Shown: positions 48,343 to 61,044 of the stretch, in pieces
How the letters are laid out: the number at the start of each line of letters is the position of its first letter
Numbering within the stretch: position 1 is the stretch's first letter
NCBI GenBank assembly: GCA_964016885.1
Contig: OZ024746.1
Span: forward strand, 46,624,001 to 46,688,000
Length of the DNA: 64,000 nucleotides
From: Eledone cirrhosa
Taxonomy: Eukaryota
Direction: 5' to 3'
Program-made: the position numbers and the translations under genes
Notes under the pieces: generated by a model
The model's database searches: none
What the model was told of the DNA's origin: nothing
The model's input: the letters and a program-made list of their open reading frames with translations, nothing else

Positions 48343-48976
48343 GTAAGTATGTATATATGTATACGTACATACATATATGTATACAGACGTACAGTAGTAT
48401 GTATATATATACATACATGCACACATATATGTACGTCTGTATACATATATGTATGTACGTATACATACATACTTACATTTAAGTAAGTGCTGTACTAAGA
48501 GTGAGAAATGAAATATCGTTTCATTCTATTCCATTTATTGTTTTCGGTGTGCCCGTCCGACTGAACTCACTCGATATGCAAATTAGGCTGCTCAGCCGTT
48601 AATATGCATAAGGAAAGTATATACTTTCAGACGTTCAACCATCTGGCAGAAAGGTATACGATGCTGACGATAGCTAATAAGCTTGAAACTAGTACATCGT
48701 TCCTGTGTCAGTGTTGAAGAAAAAGGTGACGTGGTTGCCTAAACACTGTACGGCGTAATTCGGGCAGTTTGTTTGTTCACAAACAAACAAACCGAGCATT
48801 ATAATAAATGTTCGGTAAACCGATACGTGCATATATATATATGTGTGCATGTGTGTATATATATACATACTACTGTACGTCTGTTTACATATTTGTACGT
48901 ACGTATACATACTTACATTTAAGTAAGTGCCGTACTAAGAGTGAGAAATGAAATTTCGTTTCATTCTATTCCATTT

Positions 48977-48977
<1 letters not shown>
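48343..48977 (+). mobile_element. Retrozyme-like repeat family R2 (440 bp period, >1 unit, short inverted 5' piece)
   Basis: AAGTAAGTGC recurs at 48481 and 48921. HHR at 48659-48699. No coding capacity. Confidence 0.8.
48659..48699 (+). ncRNA. Type I hammerhead ribozyme (R2)
   Basis: CGATG-CTGACGA-TAGCT-AATA-AGCTT-GAAAC-TA-GTA-CATCG. Stem I extends through CTGGCA..AGG / CCT..TGTCAG. Confidence 0.88.
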
Positions 48978-49062
<85 letters not shown>

Positions 49063-49069
49063 GTATATA

Positions 49070-49118
<49 letters not shown>

Positions 49119-49163
49119 GTATATATATATATGTATATATATACATATATATATATATATATG

Positions 49164-49287
<124 letters not shown>

Positions 49288-49368
49288 ATATAGAGTTATT
49301 AACTCATATAGATACCCTGCAATTAACAAGCTTAAGCTATAAATACTGAGCATTATAATATTAAAAGC

Positions 49369-49550
49369 GGTGGATTGGCAGTATCAGTAGAGGGTCGGAT
49401 GCCATGCCTTCCAGCATAGTTACGCCCCTTTACGATCTGAGTTCAAATCCCGCCGAGGTTGACTTTGCCTTTCATCCTTACGGGGTCGATAAAATAAAGT
49501 ACCAGTAATGTACTGGGCAATTGCTGGCCTTGTGCCTAAAGTAGAAACAA
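49369..49550 (+). mobile_element. SINE family A
   Basis: Near-identical to the 37336 copy. TSD TTATAATATTAAAAGC at 49353-49368 and 49551-49566. Confidence 0.92.
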
Positions 49551-49864
49551 TTATAATATTAAAAGCAAGCAATAATAAGAATATTGATATTGTATGTATA
49601 TTCAATAAATAAAACTCGAGGATATTCATTGCCTTCAGTATAAAGTACGAACATTAAACGCTGAGATAAATATTTCCCAAATCAATGAGTTAATAACTCT
49701 ATATTTTATTTGTATTTCGGCTCCTTATCTGTTGAGCTTATAAAAATGAGTGTAAATAGGCTATTATTTCTATCATAACGACTCGCACTGCATATGACTT
49801 TCAACGCACGAGGTGTAAACTTTAGTGAGTTAATCGTTATGGATGTAATGTAACATTTAGTCTT

Positions 49865-49934
49865 ACCGCTGACGAAATGCCTACGGATTACTTGTTACAA
49901 ACATGATTCATTCAGGGCGAAATCTTTAGTCGGT
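49865..49934 (+). ncRNA. Possible degenerate hammerhead motif
   Basis: ACCG-CTGACGA-aat-GCC...GGC-GAAA-TCTTTA-GTC-GGT. Stem registers are imperfect. Confidence 0.35.
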
Positions 49935-50084
49935 CCGGGAGATGAAATGGTTATTGATATGGTATGTATGAGAAATCTTGTAACATCCCATATGATTCAG
50001 GTTGAATGATATATAACATTTGTGGTGTAATCTACCCTCGTAATTTTAGACATGGGTTTACTGTGTTTACTTCTACACATATTA

Positions 50085-50369
<285 letters not shown>

Positions 50370-50425
50370 CATATATATATGTATATATATATGTATATAT
50401 ATATGTATATATGTATATATATGTA

Positions 50426-51030
50426 TGTCGAGTCACTCTTGAGTGCTACTGGTAACATGTAACCCAGTACAACCTGTCGGCGACTAGACCTGCAACCCCA
50501 CCAAGTTTACTTGGTGTGGAGGGTGACTTTGCACACCCTGCAGGACAAAAAACAAAACCTAACAAAGGGCTGAAGAACTTATAAGGGGCAACGGCCATCC
50601 AAAAGTGTGTAAATATGTATATACACATGTACATATCTATGTATATGTGTATATACATGGATGCATGTGTATGTATATGCGCGGGGACATAGAAATAGTC
50701 GGGCTGGACACCGGATCGCGCGGTTAAACCACTGGGAGTAAAGGACCCCTAGCCTTTCTCAGGGCATTCTTCTAGGAGAAGGCAACTCAGGAAACTGGGA
50801 TAACTCCGATATAAAACCTGCGGCTCATTAGTTACCGATTATGTTGATCTTTGCTTCTTTTCGGGTTATAGCTACTGTCGCTCAGAGAGTGGGATTGGCT
50901 CAGTGCACAGTCTTTCTTCACTTTAAAAAATATCTTCACGCACAGGCATTGCAAGATAGAATTAATTAATAATTATTAATAATGGTATATCGTGCAATAG
51001 CCATATTCGATAACGAGGGGGCAGCCATCA
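50426..51030 (+). mobile_element. Diverged family C element
   Basis: GTGCTACTGGTAACATGTAACCCAGTACAACCTGTC..., CTAGGAGAAGG, GCACAGGCATTGC and terminal GCAGCCATCA are shared with 1325-1932. Confidence 0.7.
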
Positions 51031-51075
51031 TCACACACACACACACATATATATAAATTTCGTTTCATTTTTTCC

Positions 51076-51130
<55 letters not shown>

Positions 51131-51142
51131 GCTATATACACA

Positions 51143-51198
<56 letters not shown>

Positions 51199-51365
51199 TG
51201 TGTATATGCGTGTGTATTCTTTTTGAATTTGCCACGGACGTAGAGACAGTGATTTTCTCAATGGCTAGGATTTCAGTCCACGCTTCGCTATTTCCTCTCC
51301 ACTGAATTATTTTTTTAATAAGTTTCCAGAGTCCTCGCTATGCCTGGAAACTTACATGAAAAGAG

Positions 51366-51447
51366 ACTTTCCTGACGACGGAATGCTTATCAATATGTTC
51401 TTCGGAAAATATATTTACTCCATTCCAGAAACTAATTAGTTGGAAGT
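51366..51447 (+). ncRNA. Type I hammerhead ribozyme in a solo island (51215-51648)
   Basis: ACTTTC-CTGACGA-C-GGAATG...CATTCC-A-GAAAC-TAATTA-GTT-GGAAGT. Palindromic stem III. Confidence 0.85.
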
Positions 51448-51645
51448 GATATTTTAGTATTTAGTATTATATATTTAGTCAATTTTATAATTTTTTTATA
51501 ATTTTATAATTTTCTTATCTTACGTCTCTCATATTATTGTTCTGCAACCCCATGCATTGAACCACAACGTTACTAAGACAAAACCTATATATTTGCTAGC
51601 ATTGATATGCATCTGTATGTATATAAATGTTACTAGATATAAATT

Positions 51646-51719
<74 letters not shown>

Positions 51720-51722
<3 letters not shown>

Positions 51723-52222
51723 AACAGAAAAAATGAAACGAAATTTCATTTCCCACTTTTAGTACGGCTGTTACTTAAATATAAGTATGTACACATACAT
51801 ACATATATGTATACAGACGTACAGTAGTATGTATATATATATACATGCACACACATATATATGTACGTATGGATTCACCGAACACTTATTATAATGCTCG
51901 GTGTGTTTGTAAACAAACATCCCGTATTAAGCTGTAGTGTCTAGTAACCATCGTTGCTCGTTTGTTCAACACTGACAAAGGAACGCTGTACTAGTTTCAC
52001 GCTTATTAGCTATCGTCAGCAACGTATACCTTTCTGCCAGATTGGTGAACGTATATACTTACCTCATGCATATTAACGGCTGAGTAGCCCAATTTGCATA
52101 TCGAGTGGGTTAATCGGCCGGGTGCACCGAAAACGATAAACGGAAAAAATGAAACGAAATTTCATTTCCTGCTCTTAGTACGGCTGTTACTTAAATATAA
52201 GTATGTACACATACATACATAT
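51720..52222 (-). mobile_element. Retrozyme-like R2 copy (416 bp period variant)
   Basis: Reverse complement of the 48481 unit. HHR at 51984-52024. Confidence 0.8.
51984..52024 (-). ncRNA. Type I hammerhead ribozyme (R2)
   Basis: Reverse complement: CGTTG-CTGACGA-TAGCTAATAAGCGT-GAAAC-TA-GTA-CAGCG. Confidence 0.85.
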
Positions 52223-52226
52223 AGGT

Positions 52227-52833
52227 ATAAGCTTGAAACTAGTATAGCGTTCCTTTGTCAGTCTTGAACAAACGAGCAACAATGGTTGCGAGAGACTACA
52301 GCTTAATACGGGATGTTTGTTTACAAACACACCGAGCATTATAATAAATGTTCTGTGAATCCATACGTACATATATATATATGTGTGCATGTATGTATAT
52401 ATATATACATACTACTGTACGTCTGTATACATATATGTATGTACCTATACATACATACTTACATTAAGTAAGTGCTGTACTAAGAGTGAGAAATGAAATT
52501 TCGTTTCATTCTATTCCATTTATCGTTTTCGGTGTGCCCGGCCGACTGAACTCACTCGATATGCAAATTAGGCTGCTCAGCCGTTAATATGCATAAGGAA
52601 AGTATACACTTTCAGACGTTCAACCATCTGGCAGGAAGGTATACGTTGCTGACGATAGCTAATAAGCTTGAAACTAGTACAGCGTTCCTTTGTCAGTGTT
52701 GAACAAACGAGCAACAATGGTTGCTAGACACTACGGCTTAATACGGGATGTTTGTTTACAAACACACCGAGCATTATAATAAATGTTCGGTGAATCCATA
52801 CGTACATATATATATATATATGTGTGCATGTAT
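52227..52833 (+). mobile_element. Retrozyme-like R2 copy (435 bp period), inverted relative to the adjacent copy
   Basis: Starts inside an HHR (AAGCTTGAAACTAGTA at ~52229), with a full HHR at 52644. Confidence 0.8.
52644..52684 (+). ncRNA. Type I hammerhead ribozyme (R2)
   Basis: CGTTG-CTGACGA-TAGCT-AATA-AGCTT-GAAAC-TA-GTA-CAGCG, with extension CTGGCAGGAAGG / CCTTTGTCAG. Confidence 0.88.
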
Positions 52834-52926
52834 GAATATATATCTACACACTACTGCCGAATGCTCTGAATCAGTTATAAACATCTATATTTGTTGGATT
52901 TCCAACAAATTAAATATCTTTTCTAC

Positions 52927-53004
<78 letters not shown>

Positions 53005-53006
<2 letters not shown>

Positions 53007-53649
53007 ACGGCAACATCGTTTAAATCTCGATTGTATAGGCATTCTTACTCAATAAAACACCAGAGCCAAAGAAATGTAACAACTTTAGCAGAAAAAGCTT
53101 GGACGCTCAGGGATAGCGATCAAAAGTTTACCCTAAAATGGGAGAAATTAGCTAAAACCCAAAGCTTTTCCAGGAGCCAAAATTTCTGCAAATTGTGTAA
53201 TCTTGAGATTTATTACATAATCACACACAAGAAGAAACTGCTGAATAACAGAATTGAACGAACATTATTCTGCCGTCACAGAACTAAAACCCTTTTTTCC
53301 CACTACAAGCCGAATATTACATAAAAGAAGGACATCCCCCAACTATATAAACCTTAATCTAGTTAGAAAAATATAAAAACAATCTCTTCTCAACATATAT
53401 TAATAACCTTAAATTACCACACTAATAATGGAAAGATATGCTGATGAGAATAGGTGCAAATATGCGATAATGAATGTGTCTAAAAACGTCCATAAGTATG
53501 TATATATATGTGAAAATGTATATAAATAAGTAAATATATATATATGTTTGATGTGTATAGTTAGATGTAAGTTTATTCATGTATTAAAGTGCTTATATAT
53601 ATATATGTATATGTATATGTATATGTATGTGTGTATGTATATATATATA

Positions 53650-53737
<88 letters not shown>

Positions 53738-54484
53738 TGTGTATATATATGTATGTATATGTATATGTATGTATATATGTGTATATAGATGTGTATGTAT
53801 GTGTATGTGTGTACACATGGACTAGAGTAAGTATGTATATATGTGTGTGTCTATACGTGTGTATATAAAGATAAGTTGAGTATGAAAATGTATACACATG
53901 AGCGCGTAAGTATGTACATGAATACATGTGTGTATATATATGTGTATGCATGTGTATATATATGTAAGTATGAATATGTGAATTGTGAGTATATGTATTT
54001 TGTAGAGGTGTGCAAATATATTTGTGTGTGAATGCGTGGGTGAAAGGATACGTACACTTGAAAGAAAAATTTAAGTCTGAATGTTAATTAAGTGCAAACA
54101 CAAAACCAACCACGCATATCTTTACTATCTCTAATCCTTCTATAGATTTAGAAAAATAACCAATAATATATTCTATAAAAAATGTCAAAACAACAGATGG
54201 GAATCTAATTACTCACTGCCACCAAGAATTCTCACTGCTATCGAAAAACCACTCCTTCAATTATTCTTCTAACAACTTCACCCCTCCCTCCTAATATTCT
54301 CTATAAAAACTAAATAGGTCCTCAGTAATATTATTCTGATGAAATGACAGTAAATAATAACATTGAAATATTGAATGTCTGCATAACTAAAAGTTTGTAG
54401 ATAGCAGCTGTTTTAGGTTATGTAACTGTTATAGAAACACGTGTCAATAAATTCCTTTCAACTAAACTGTATCCATTCAAATCT

Positions 54485-54488
<4 letters not shown>
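53005..54488 (+). mobile_element. 5'-truncated PLE 3' end (endonuclease fragment, 3' UTR, HHR)
   Basis: ORF 53031-53324 HSYSIKH...TTLAEKAWTLRD...LKWEK...CKLCNLEIYYI...LNNRIE...CRH. HHR at 54331. TA flanks. Confidence 0.82.
54331..54450 (+). ncRNA. Type I hammerhead ribozyme with greatly extended stem II
   Basis: TTATT-CTGATGA-A-ATGACAG...CTGTTAT-A-GAAAC-ACGT-GTC-AATAA. Confidence 0.85.
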
Positions 54489-54545
<57 letters not shown>

Positions 54546-54759
54546 TTAAAAATGTACATCCACATATGTATACTGAAATACTAGTATGCATATGAATACA
54601 CACACGTATACATATGTAGATGTACCAAGTTTTTCAGTGGTCACTTTACTGTGAGTGTCCAGCTATTCTGTATGTAAACACACAGACAAACCGGTTTTTA
54701 GAGTCATACTGGTTTTTGAGGAAACACCTTTCCTCTATTCTCCAGAAAGCCAGACAAGG

Positions 54760-54804
54760 AATATTGAACTAGTTTCGTTGTTGTTATAACTCATCAGCAA
54801 TATT
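54760..54804 (-). ncRNA. Type I hammerhead ribozyme (R3 copy 1)
   Basis: Reverse complement: AATATTG-CTGATGA-GTTATAACAACAAC-GAAAC-TA-GTT-CAATATT. Long distal helix ATTCTCCAGAAAG / CTTTCTGGAGAAT. Confidence 0.87.
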
Positions 54805-55225
54805 TACCTATCTTCCGGCCTTTCTGGAGAATCGTAAAAGCACATATCGTTATATGCTTTTTCTATGAAAATTAGTAGTGGGCAGACTAATTTGCATAGA
54901 GTGTGAGTACGTACCGGTTCAACGGAGACGATAAAAACAAATAACGAAACGAAATTAAATTTCGTTTCGTTTGTAACTCACTTTTGTATGACTGACGCTT
55001 AAACAATTAAGTTAAAAATGTACATCCACATATGTATACTGAAATACTAGTATGCATATGAATACACACACGTATACATATGTAGATGTACCAAGTTTTT
55101 CACTGGTCACTTTACTGTGAGTGTCCAGCTATTCTGTATGTAAACACACAGACAGACCGGTTTTTAGAGTCATACTGGTTTTTGAGGAAACACCTTTCCT
55201 CTATTCTCCAGAAAGCCAGTAAAGG

Positions 55226-55270
55226 AATATTGAACTAGTTTCGTTGTTGTTACAACTCATCAGCAATATT
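55226..55270 (-). ncRNA. Type I hammerhead ribozyme (R3 copy 2)
   Basis: Reverse complement: AATATTG-CTGATGA-GTTG-TAACAA-CAAC-GAAAC-TA-GTT-CAATATT. Confidence 0.9.
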
Positions 55271-55694
55271 TACCTATCTTCCGGCCTTTCTGGAGAATCG
55301 TAAAAGCACATATCGTTATATGCTTTTTCTATGAAAATTAGTAGTGGGCAGACTAATTTGCATAGAGTGTGAGTACGTACAAACGAAACGAAATTTAATT
55401 TCGTTTCGTTATTTGTTTTTATCGTCTCCGTTGAACCGGTACGTACTCACACTCTATGCAAATTAGTCTGCCCACTACTAATTTTCATAGAAAAAGCATA
55501 TAATGATATGTGCTTTTACGATTCACATATATATATATACATCTATATATATACATATATATACACATATATATATATATATATACATATCTATATACAT
55601 ATATATATATATATACATATCTATATACATATATATATATATATATATACATATCTATATACATATATATATATATATATACATATATATATAC

Positions 55695-55727
<33 letters not shown>

Positions 55728-55770
55728 CATATATATATACATACATATATATATATACGTATATATATAC

Positions 55771-55801
<31 letters not shown>

Positions 55802-55860
55802 CATATATATATACATATATATATACATACATATATATATATATATACATATATATATAC

Positions 55861-55909
<49 letters not shown>

Positions 55910-55946
55910 TATATACATATATATATATACATATATATATAGATAG

Positions 55947-56015
<69 letters not shown>

Positions 56016-56687
56016 CTTGGCACTTGTTGGTATAAGACGTGAATTGTCGTCTCTCCAGATTTGAAATTTAATATTTTAAATCGACAGTAATCGGATTTAT
56101 GTATGGTTTTAATTCTTCAGAGGACAAGGAAAACATACAAAAAAGATAAGTTTTTGTGCTTTGACGCAATTATTTTGAAGTATATTTTACATATATTACC
56201 GTTTTGAACATGTTTATTTTCACTGTATGATTCCTTCATAGGAGACAACACACACACGTGCTTTCTATTTTTCTTGTCTGCCATACAGAGCATTTTGGTT
56301 TAACTTAAGCAGATCTTGTATTAATTTTGATTTTTCTGAGTAACATAATTTAATTTGATATAATCTTGTTTGATTTGGTATAATCTTATCTGTATTTGAC
56401 CCGATTTCGTTGTTTCTTGTATGATATGCTGATATTACAATAACTTCGTATATTTGTAAACAAACATTTACATTCAGCTTATATATACAACTTACATCGT
56501 GTTTCTATATCTCTATGTTTCCGGTTTCTTCCATTCATTAATTTAAATTTAAAAATTTATTTTTATATTTGTGAACTGCTGTTGCTCACGCTGTCTCTAT
56601 CTCTCTCCTTCCTTCCTCTCTCTCTCTCTCTCCCTCTCTCTCTCTCTCGATCAACGAGCTCTCTTTCTCCCTCTCTCTAGATCAACG

Positions 56688-56752
<65 letters not shown>

Positions 56753-56958
56753 CTCTCTCTCCCTCTGACCTTCTCCCCCACTCTTCCCGCTATCTCTCTC
56801 GTTCCCCTCTTCTGTCTCCCCCTTTTCTTTTCTTTTCTTCTGTTTCTCTTTCTTTTTCTCGCTGGAGTTATATCTCTATCTCCCTCCCTCACTCTGTCCC
56901 TCTCTAACCTCTACCCTACACTTCACACTGTCTCTCTCTTTCTCCTCTCCACAGCGAA

Positions 56959-57899
56959 ATGGACTGCATGCAGGAAAAATGTGAAATCAGGAGTCAACGA
57001 AACTGGTCAAAGATGGAACTAGCGGTTTTGATCAAGGGGTGGACCATGGCTGATGGGTCTCCACCAAGCAAAAAGATGGCGGAGAACCTGAAGAGCCATG
57101 GGTTTCTGAGGACCCTGGCACAGATAGCGAGAAAGAGAATAGAAATTGAGAAGGCGTATGTCCTCATAGCGCCTCATATGGCGATGCTAAGCCGTGTCCT
57201 CAGGGAGGAGAAAACCGAAGGGAGGGATGAGGAGAAGGAGAGGGAAAAGGAAGAGGAAAAAGAAAAGGAGGAGAGCACAAGCACGGACCTGAAAGAAAAT
57301 GATATACCCTCCGCCACAGGCAGGGAGGGCAGGCCGGGCAACCAACAAGCTAAGGGCAAAGGTGAAAAGCGAAATCACCTTCCGAAGGAGAACCAAGCGC
57401 AGAGGGACCAGTGGACAACTGTTCAAAGAAAGAACAGAAAGCACTAAGACACTGGGAGCAAAAAACACCAAGTAATGTGCAAGTCTTTCAAGAACGGGAC
57501 ATGCTGGCATAGAGAGACAGGGATGGGATGCAGATTCGCCCACCCTAGGTCTCAAACGAACTATGCCCATCATACTCGCGCAACATGCCCCAGCCAAAGC
57601 CGAAATAAGCCGCTCCAGAAGTATGCTGATGTCGCGGGTGCTGCACCAACAAGGAGAAGGTACGCACATGCCGACGAGATACAGATGGCAGCAGCAGATC
57701 AGAAAATTTTTTAGTGATGGCAGAGAAGATTGTGGGACAGCTGACCTGGCTGCATCGTCTCCAGAGCCAGGGTCATCCACACCAGCACTCGAGACCACCG
57801 CAGTTAAGGGACCCAGAGTGGCCGCCGCTGACACCAGACCAGGTGTCATACCGACAGCCATTACTGGCACCCCAAAAGTCACACCAGTGCTGCTGCTGA
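56959..57899 (+). pseudogene. LINE ORF1 (Myb/SANT-like N-terminus, CCCH finger), with one stop and one probable indel
   Basis: WSKMELAVLIKGW...GFLRTLAQIARK. In-frame TAA at 57445. CKSFKNGTCWHRETGMGCRFAHP, KYADVA. Confidence 0.6.
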
Positions 57900-60859
57900 A
57901 TGTCAGGGGCCTGGTGAAACTCAGCAACATGAGTAAAATTTCCTACCTGGGAAACTTAGCCATAAGCAATCAAGCACTATGCATGGCACTAACCGAAACG
58001 CACCTGACAAGCAGTATAGCAGATGCAGAAATACATATACCGAAATATACTGTATTTCGTTCGGACAGGAAGGAGAGAACTCATGGTGGGGTTGCTCTGT
58101 ATATCCGTGAAGATGTCACACCAATTGTACTGTTGACACATTCAAACTCAGTCTGTGACACACTGATAATACATATGAAGCAACTACAGACGGTAATATG
58201 TGTCACATATCGGCGGCCCGATGCCCCCAGTCATGAGGGTAAATTTGAGGATAGCCTAAGTAGGATAGAAGAGGTCCTTGACAAACTGGACCAGGGTCTC
58301 AACATCCTACTGCTGGGAGACTTCAACCTACCAAAGGTCAAATGGCCTGAGGGCCACCTCCTCCCTGGAATGACGTCAATAGAACAGAGACAGACGGAAT
58401 CCCTGCTGGCCCTCACACACAGGCTGTTCATGGAGCAAGCAATACTCCTCCCAACAAGAGGTGAAAATGTCCTGGACCTCTGTTTTACAAACAACGAAGT
58501 GCTCATCCACAATGTAAAGGTGACACCAACAATTCTCTCGGATCATAACTTAGTAGAGCTAATGACATGTGGTCCAAGAGAACCAACAGAGACAAAACCA
58601 CCAAGAAGCTCAGGGACGCTATCCAACCTTAACTTCTACAAGGCTAACTGGAAAAAGATTAAGAGTGAAATCCGGAAGCAAACATGGAGTGAAAACATCG
58701 CCACACAAGACACTAACACACAATTTCAACACTTCATGACAACGATACACACCATATGCAAAAAGTGTGTCCCGGAGAAAGAGGCAAACAGACACAAAAA
58801 TCTTATTCCCAGAGATAGGAAAATCCTTATGAGACGTAGAACTAAACTCTCAAACCAGTTGAATAGTCAACAAAACCAAAACAAGAAGGAATCCTATTTG
58901 AAACGTGTACTACTTGACACCGAGATTGCACTCAAACTTTCACATGAGAATGAGAGGTCAAAGAAAGAGAACAGGGCCATAGAAAACATTAAAACAAACC
59001 CTAAGGCCTTCTTTAAATTTGCAAAAGAAACTGCCTCAGTACACTGCAAGATTGGACCACTCTTCCACACGGACGGTTCATTAACCGAAAATCCCCAAGA
59101 GATATGTGAAATACTGAACGAACAGTACAAAAGTGTCTTCACATGTCCACTGAGGCACATGCAAATAACGAAGCCAGAGGAGTTCTTTGATGCCACAACA
59201 CTACATCAAGAAATGGCAACCATCAACCACATAGACATAACGGAGGAGGATGTGGTGTACGCCATTGATGAAATTAGAACAGACTCGGCTGCTGGATCTG
59301 ATGGATTCCCAGCAGTTCTCCTAAAAATATGTAAGCGGGCCTTAGCAACTCCACTGAAGATGCTCTTCAGAAGCTCTTTGGCTAGCGGTGTACTACCCAG
59401 GGAGCTGAAAGAAGACACAATATGCCCTATCCATAAAGGAGGTAGTAGAGCGGAGGCCAAGAACTATAGGCCAGTCTCCCTGACGTCGCATATCAGTAAG
59501 GTCATGGAGCGAGTCGTCAGAAAGAAACTAATCACTTTCCTCGAAGAAAATGACCGCCTGACTAGCACGCAACATGGCTTCCGCCCAGGAAGAAGCTGCC
59601 TTACACAGCTGCTACATCACTACGACTGGGTACTGAGACAACTACTAGACAGCTCACATGTAGACGTGATATATCTTGACTTTGCGAAGGCCTTTGACAA
59701 GGTCGACCACGGAATGATATGTCTCAAACTACACGGACTCGGCATAACTGGAAAAGTAGGTGAGTGGCTGCATGGCTTCCTAGGGGACAGAAGCCAGGCA
59801 GTCGCAGCAAATGGGGCCCTCTCGAGGGAAACACCGATAACAAGTGGGGTGCCCCAGGGGACAGTCCTGGGACCACTACTGTTTTTGGTGGCTCTCTCGG
59901 ACATGCCCTCTGTGGTGCATGCAACAACATCCCTCACTAGCTATGCTGATGACACTAAGGTAGCACAGGCAATCAAAAACCCGGCTGACGCTGCCCTCTT
60001 ACAGCAGGATCTGGATGCCATATACAGATGGGCGGAAGAAAACAACATGCAGTTTAATGCTGGCAAATTCCAAGCCCTACAATACAAACCTGCAAACACA
60101 AACACAAATATAGCGGAACACAGCTACACAGGAGCAGGAGGGACCGATATCCCCGTGTCAAAATCGATACGAGACCTGGGCATAGACATGAGCGATGATG
60201 CATCTTTTTCTTCACACATCATGAAGGTGGCGACAACGTCTAGACGATTCGCTGGCTGGATCTTGAGGACTTTCCTTACAAGAGATCGAGACACCATGTT
60301 GACACTGTGGAGGACTTTTGTCCTAAGCCGCCTGGACTACTGCTCCCAGCTGTGGTCACCCCATAGTGTCAAACTAACCACGGAGCTTGAGGCAATCCAG
60401 CGAAGCTACACCAAGAGGATTGCCAAGATGAGGGAGACAAGCTACTGGGAGAGGCTAAAGGAACTGAACCTCTACTCCTTGGAGCGAAGACGGGAGAGAT
60501 ACGCAGTGATCTACATGTGGAAAATCCTGGAGGGACTAGCACCAAACTTTGGCATTGGGAGCTGGACCAACCGTCGAACAGGACGTCACAGTGTGGTGCC
60601 AAAGGTCCCGCCTTCCACATCTAGAATAAGGAGCAGGTATTGCAATAGCCTGGGATTCAAGGGCCCTCAACTCTTCAACAGGCTGCCGAAGCATCTGCGA
60701 GACTTGCATGACGTGGAGGTGGATGTCTTTAAGAAACATCTCGACACCTTGTTATCCAGGATCCAGGATGAGCCCACAGCAAGACACGAGGGAAACCTAA
60801 GGGCAGCAGCAACAAACTCCCTCCTACACCAGTGGCCAACCTATACAGGCTGGAGATAA
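57563..60859 (+). CDS. LINE ORF2: apurinic-like endonuclease plus reverse transcriptase (true start uncertain)
   Basis: LNVRGL, ALTETHL, RSDR..GGVALY, LLGDFN, LDLCF, SDH; [59 protein letters not shown]. No stops over 1098 codons. Confidence 0.95.
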   Translation: MPIILAQHAPAKAEISRSRSMLMSRVLHQQGEGTHMPTRYRWQQQIRKFFSDGREDCGTADLAASSPEPGSSTPALETTAVKGPRVAAADTRPGVIPTAITGTPKVTPVLLLNVRGLVKLSNMSKISYLGNLAISNQALCMALTETHLTSSIADAEIHIPKYTVFRSDRKERTHGGVALYIREDVTPIVLLTHSNSVCDTLIIHMKQLQTVICVTYRRPDAPSHEGKFEDSLSRIEEVLDKLDQGLNILLLGDFNLPKVKWPEGHLLPGMTSIEQRQTESLLALTHRLFMEQAILLPTRGENVLDLCFTNNEVLIHNVKVTPTILSDHNLVELMTCGPREPTETKPPRSSGTLSNLNFYKANWKKIKSEIRKQTWSENIATQDTNTQFQHFMTTIHTICKKCVPEKEANRHKNLIPRDRKILMRRRTKLSNQLNSQQNQNKKESYLKRVLLDTEIALKLSHENERSKKENRAIENIKTNPKAFFKFAKETASVHCKIGPLFHTDGSLTENPQEICEILNEQYKSVFTCPLRHMQITKPEEFFDATTLHQEMATINHIDITEEDVVYAIDEIRTDSAAGSDGFPAVLLKICKRALATPLKMLFRSSLASGVLPRELKEDTICPIHKGGSRAEAKNYRPVSLTSHISKVMERVVRKKLITFLEENDRLTSTQHGFRPGRSCLTQLLHHYDWVLRQLLDSSHVDVIYLDFAKAFDKVDHGMICLKLHGLGITGKVGEWLHGFLGDRSQAVAANGALSRETPITSGVPQGTVLGPLLFLVALSDMPSVVHATTSLTSYADDTKVAQAIKNPADAALLQQDLDAIYRWAEENNMQFNAGKFQALQYKPANTNTNIAEHSYTGAGGTDIPVSKSIRDLGIDMSDDASFSSHIMKVATTSRRFAGWILRTFLTRDRDTMLTLWRTFVLSRLDYCSQLWSPHSVKLTTELEAIQRSYTKRIAKMRETSYWERLKELNLYSLERRRERYAVIYMWKILEGLAPNFGIGSWTNRRTGRHSVVPKVPPSTSRIRSRYCNSLGFKGPQLFNRLPKHLRDLHDVEVDVFKKHLDTLLSRIQDEPTARHEGNLRAAATNSLLHQWPTYTGWR

Positions 60860-60964
60860 AATATGTAGCAACAAGGGCGGTACCCCAGCATGGCCTCAGC
60901 CGGATGGCTGAAACAGGTAAAAGAGTAAAAGAGTATACATATATATATATATACATATATATAC

Positions 60965-61006
<42 letters not shown>

Positions 61007-61044
61007 ATATATATACATATATATATATATACATATATATATAT

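Larger units (their letters stand above)
54543..55524 (-). mobile_element. Retrozyme-like repeat family R3 (466 bp period, ~1.8 units plus inverted fragment 55380-55524)
   Basis: GTTAAAAATGTACATCC at 54545 and 55011. One HHR per unit. TA flanks. Confidence 0.85.
56013..60934 (+). mobile_element. Near full-length CR1-group LINE in a (TA/CA) tract (5' boundary uncertain)
   Basis: ORF1 plus APE-RT ORF2, short 3' UTR hairpin and (GTAAAAGA)n tail. Confidence 0.85.

Noticed and set aside
53441-53480. CTGATGA motif in the PLE 3' UTR
   Set aside because: No downstream GAAA/NUH or pairing stems.
58231-60739. Antisense ORFs within LINE ORF2
   Set aside because: Shadow frames of a GC-richer coding sequence.
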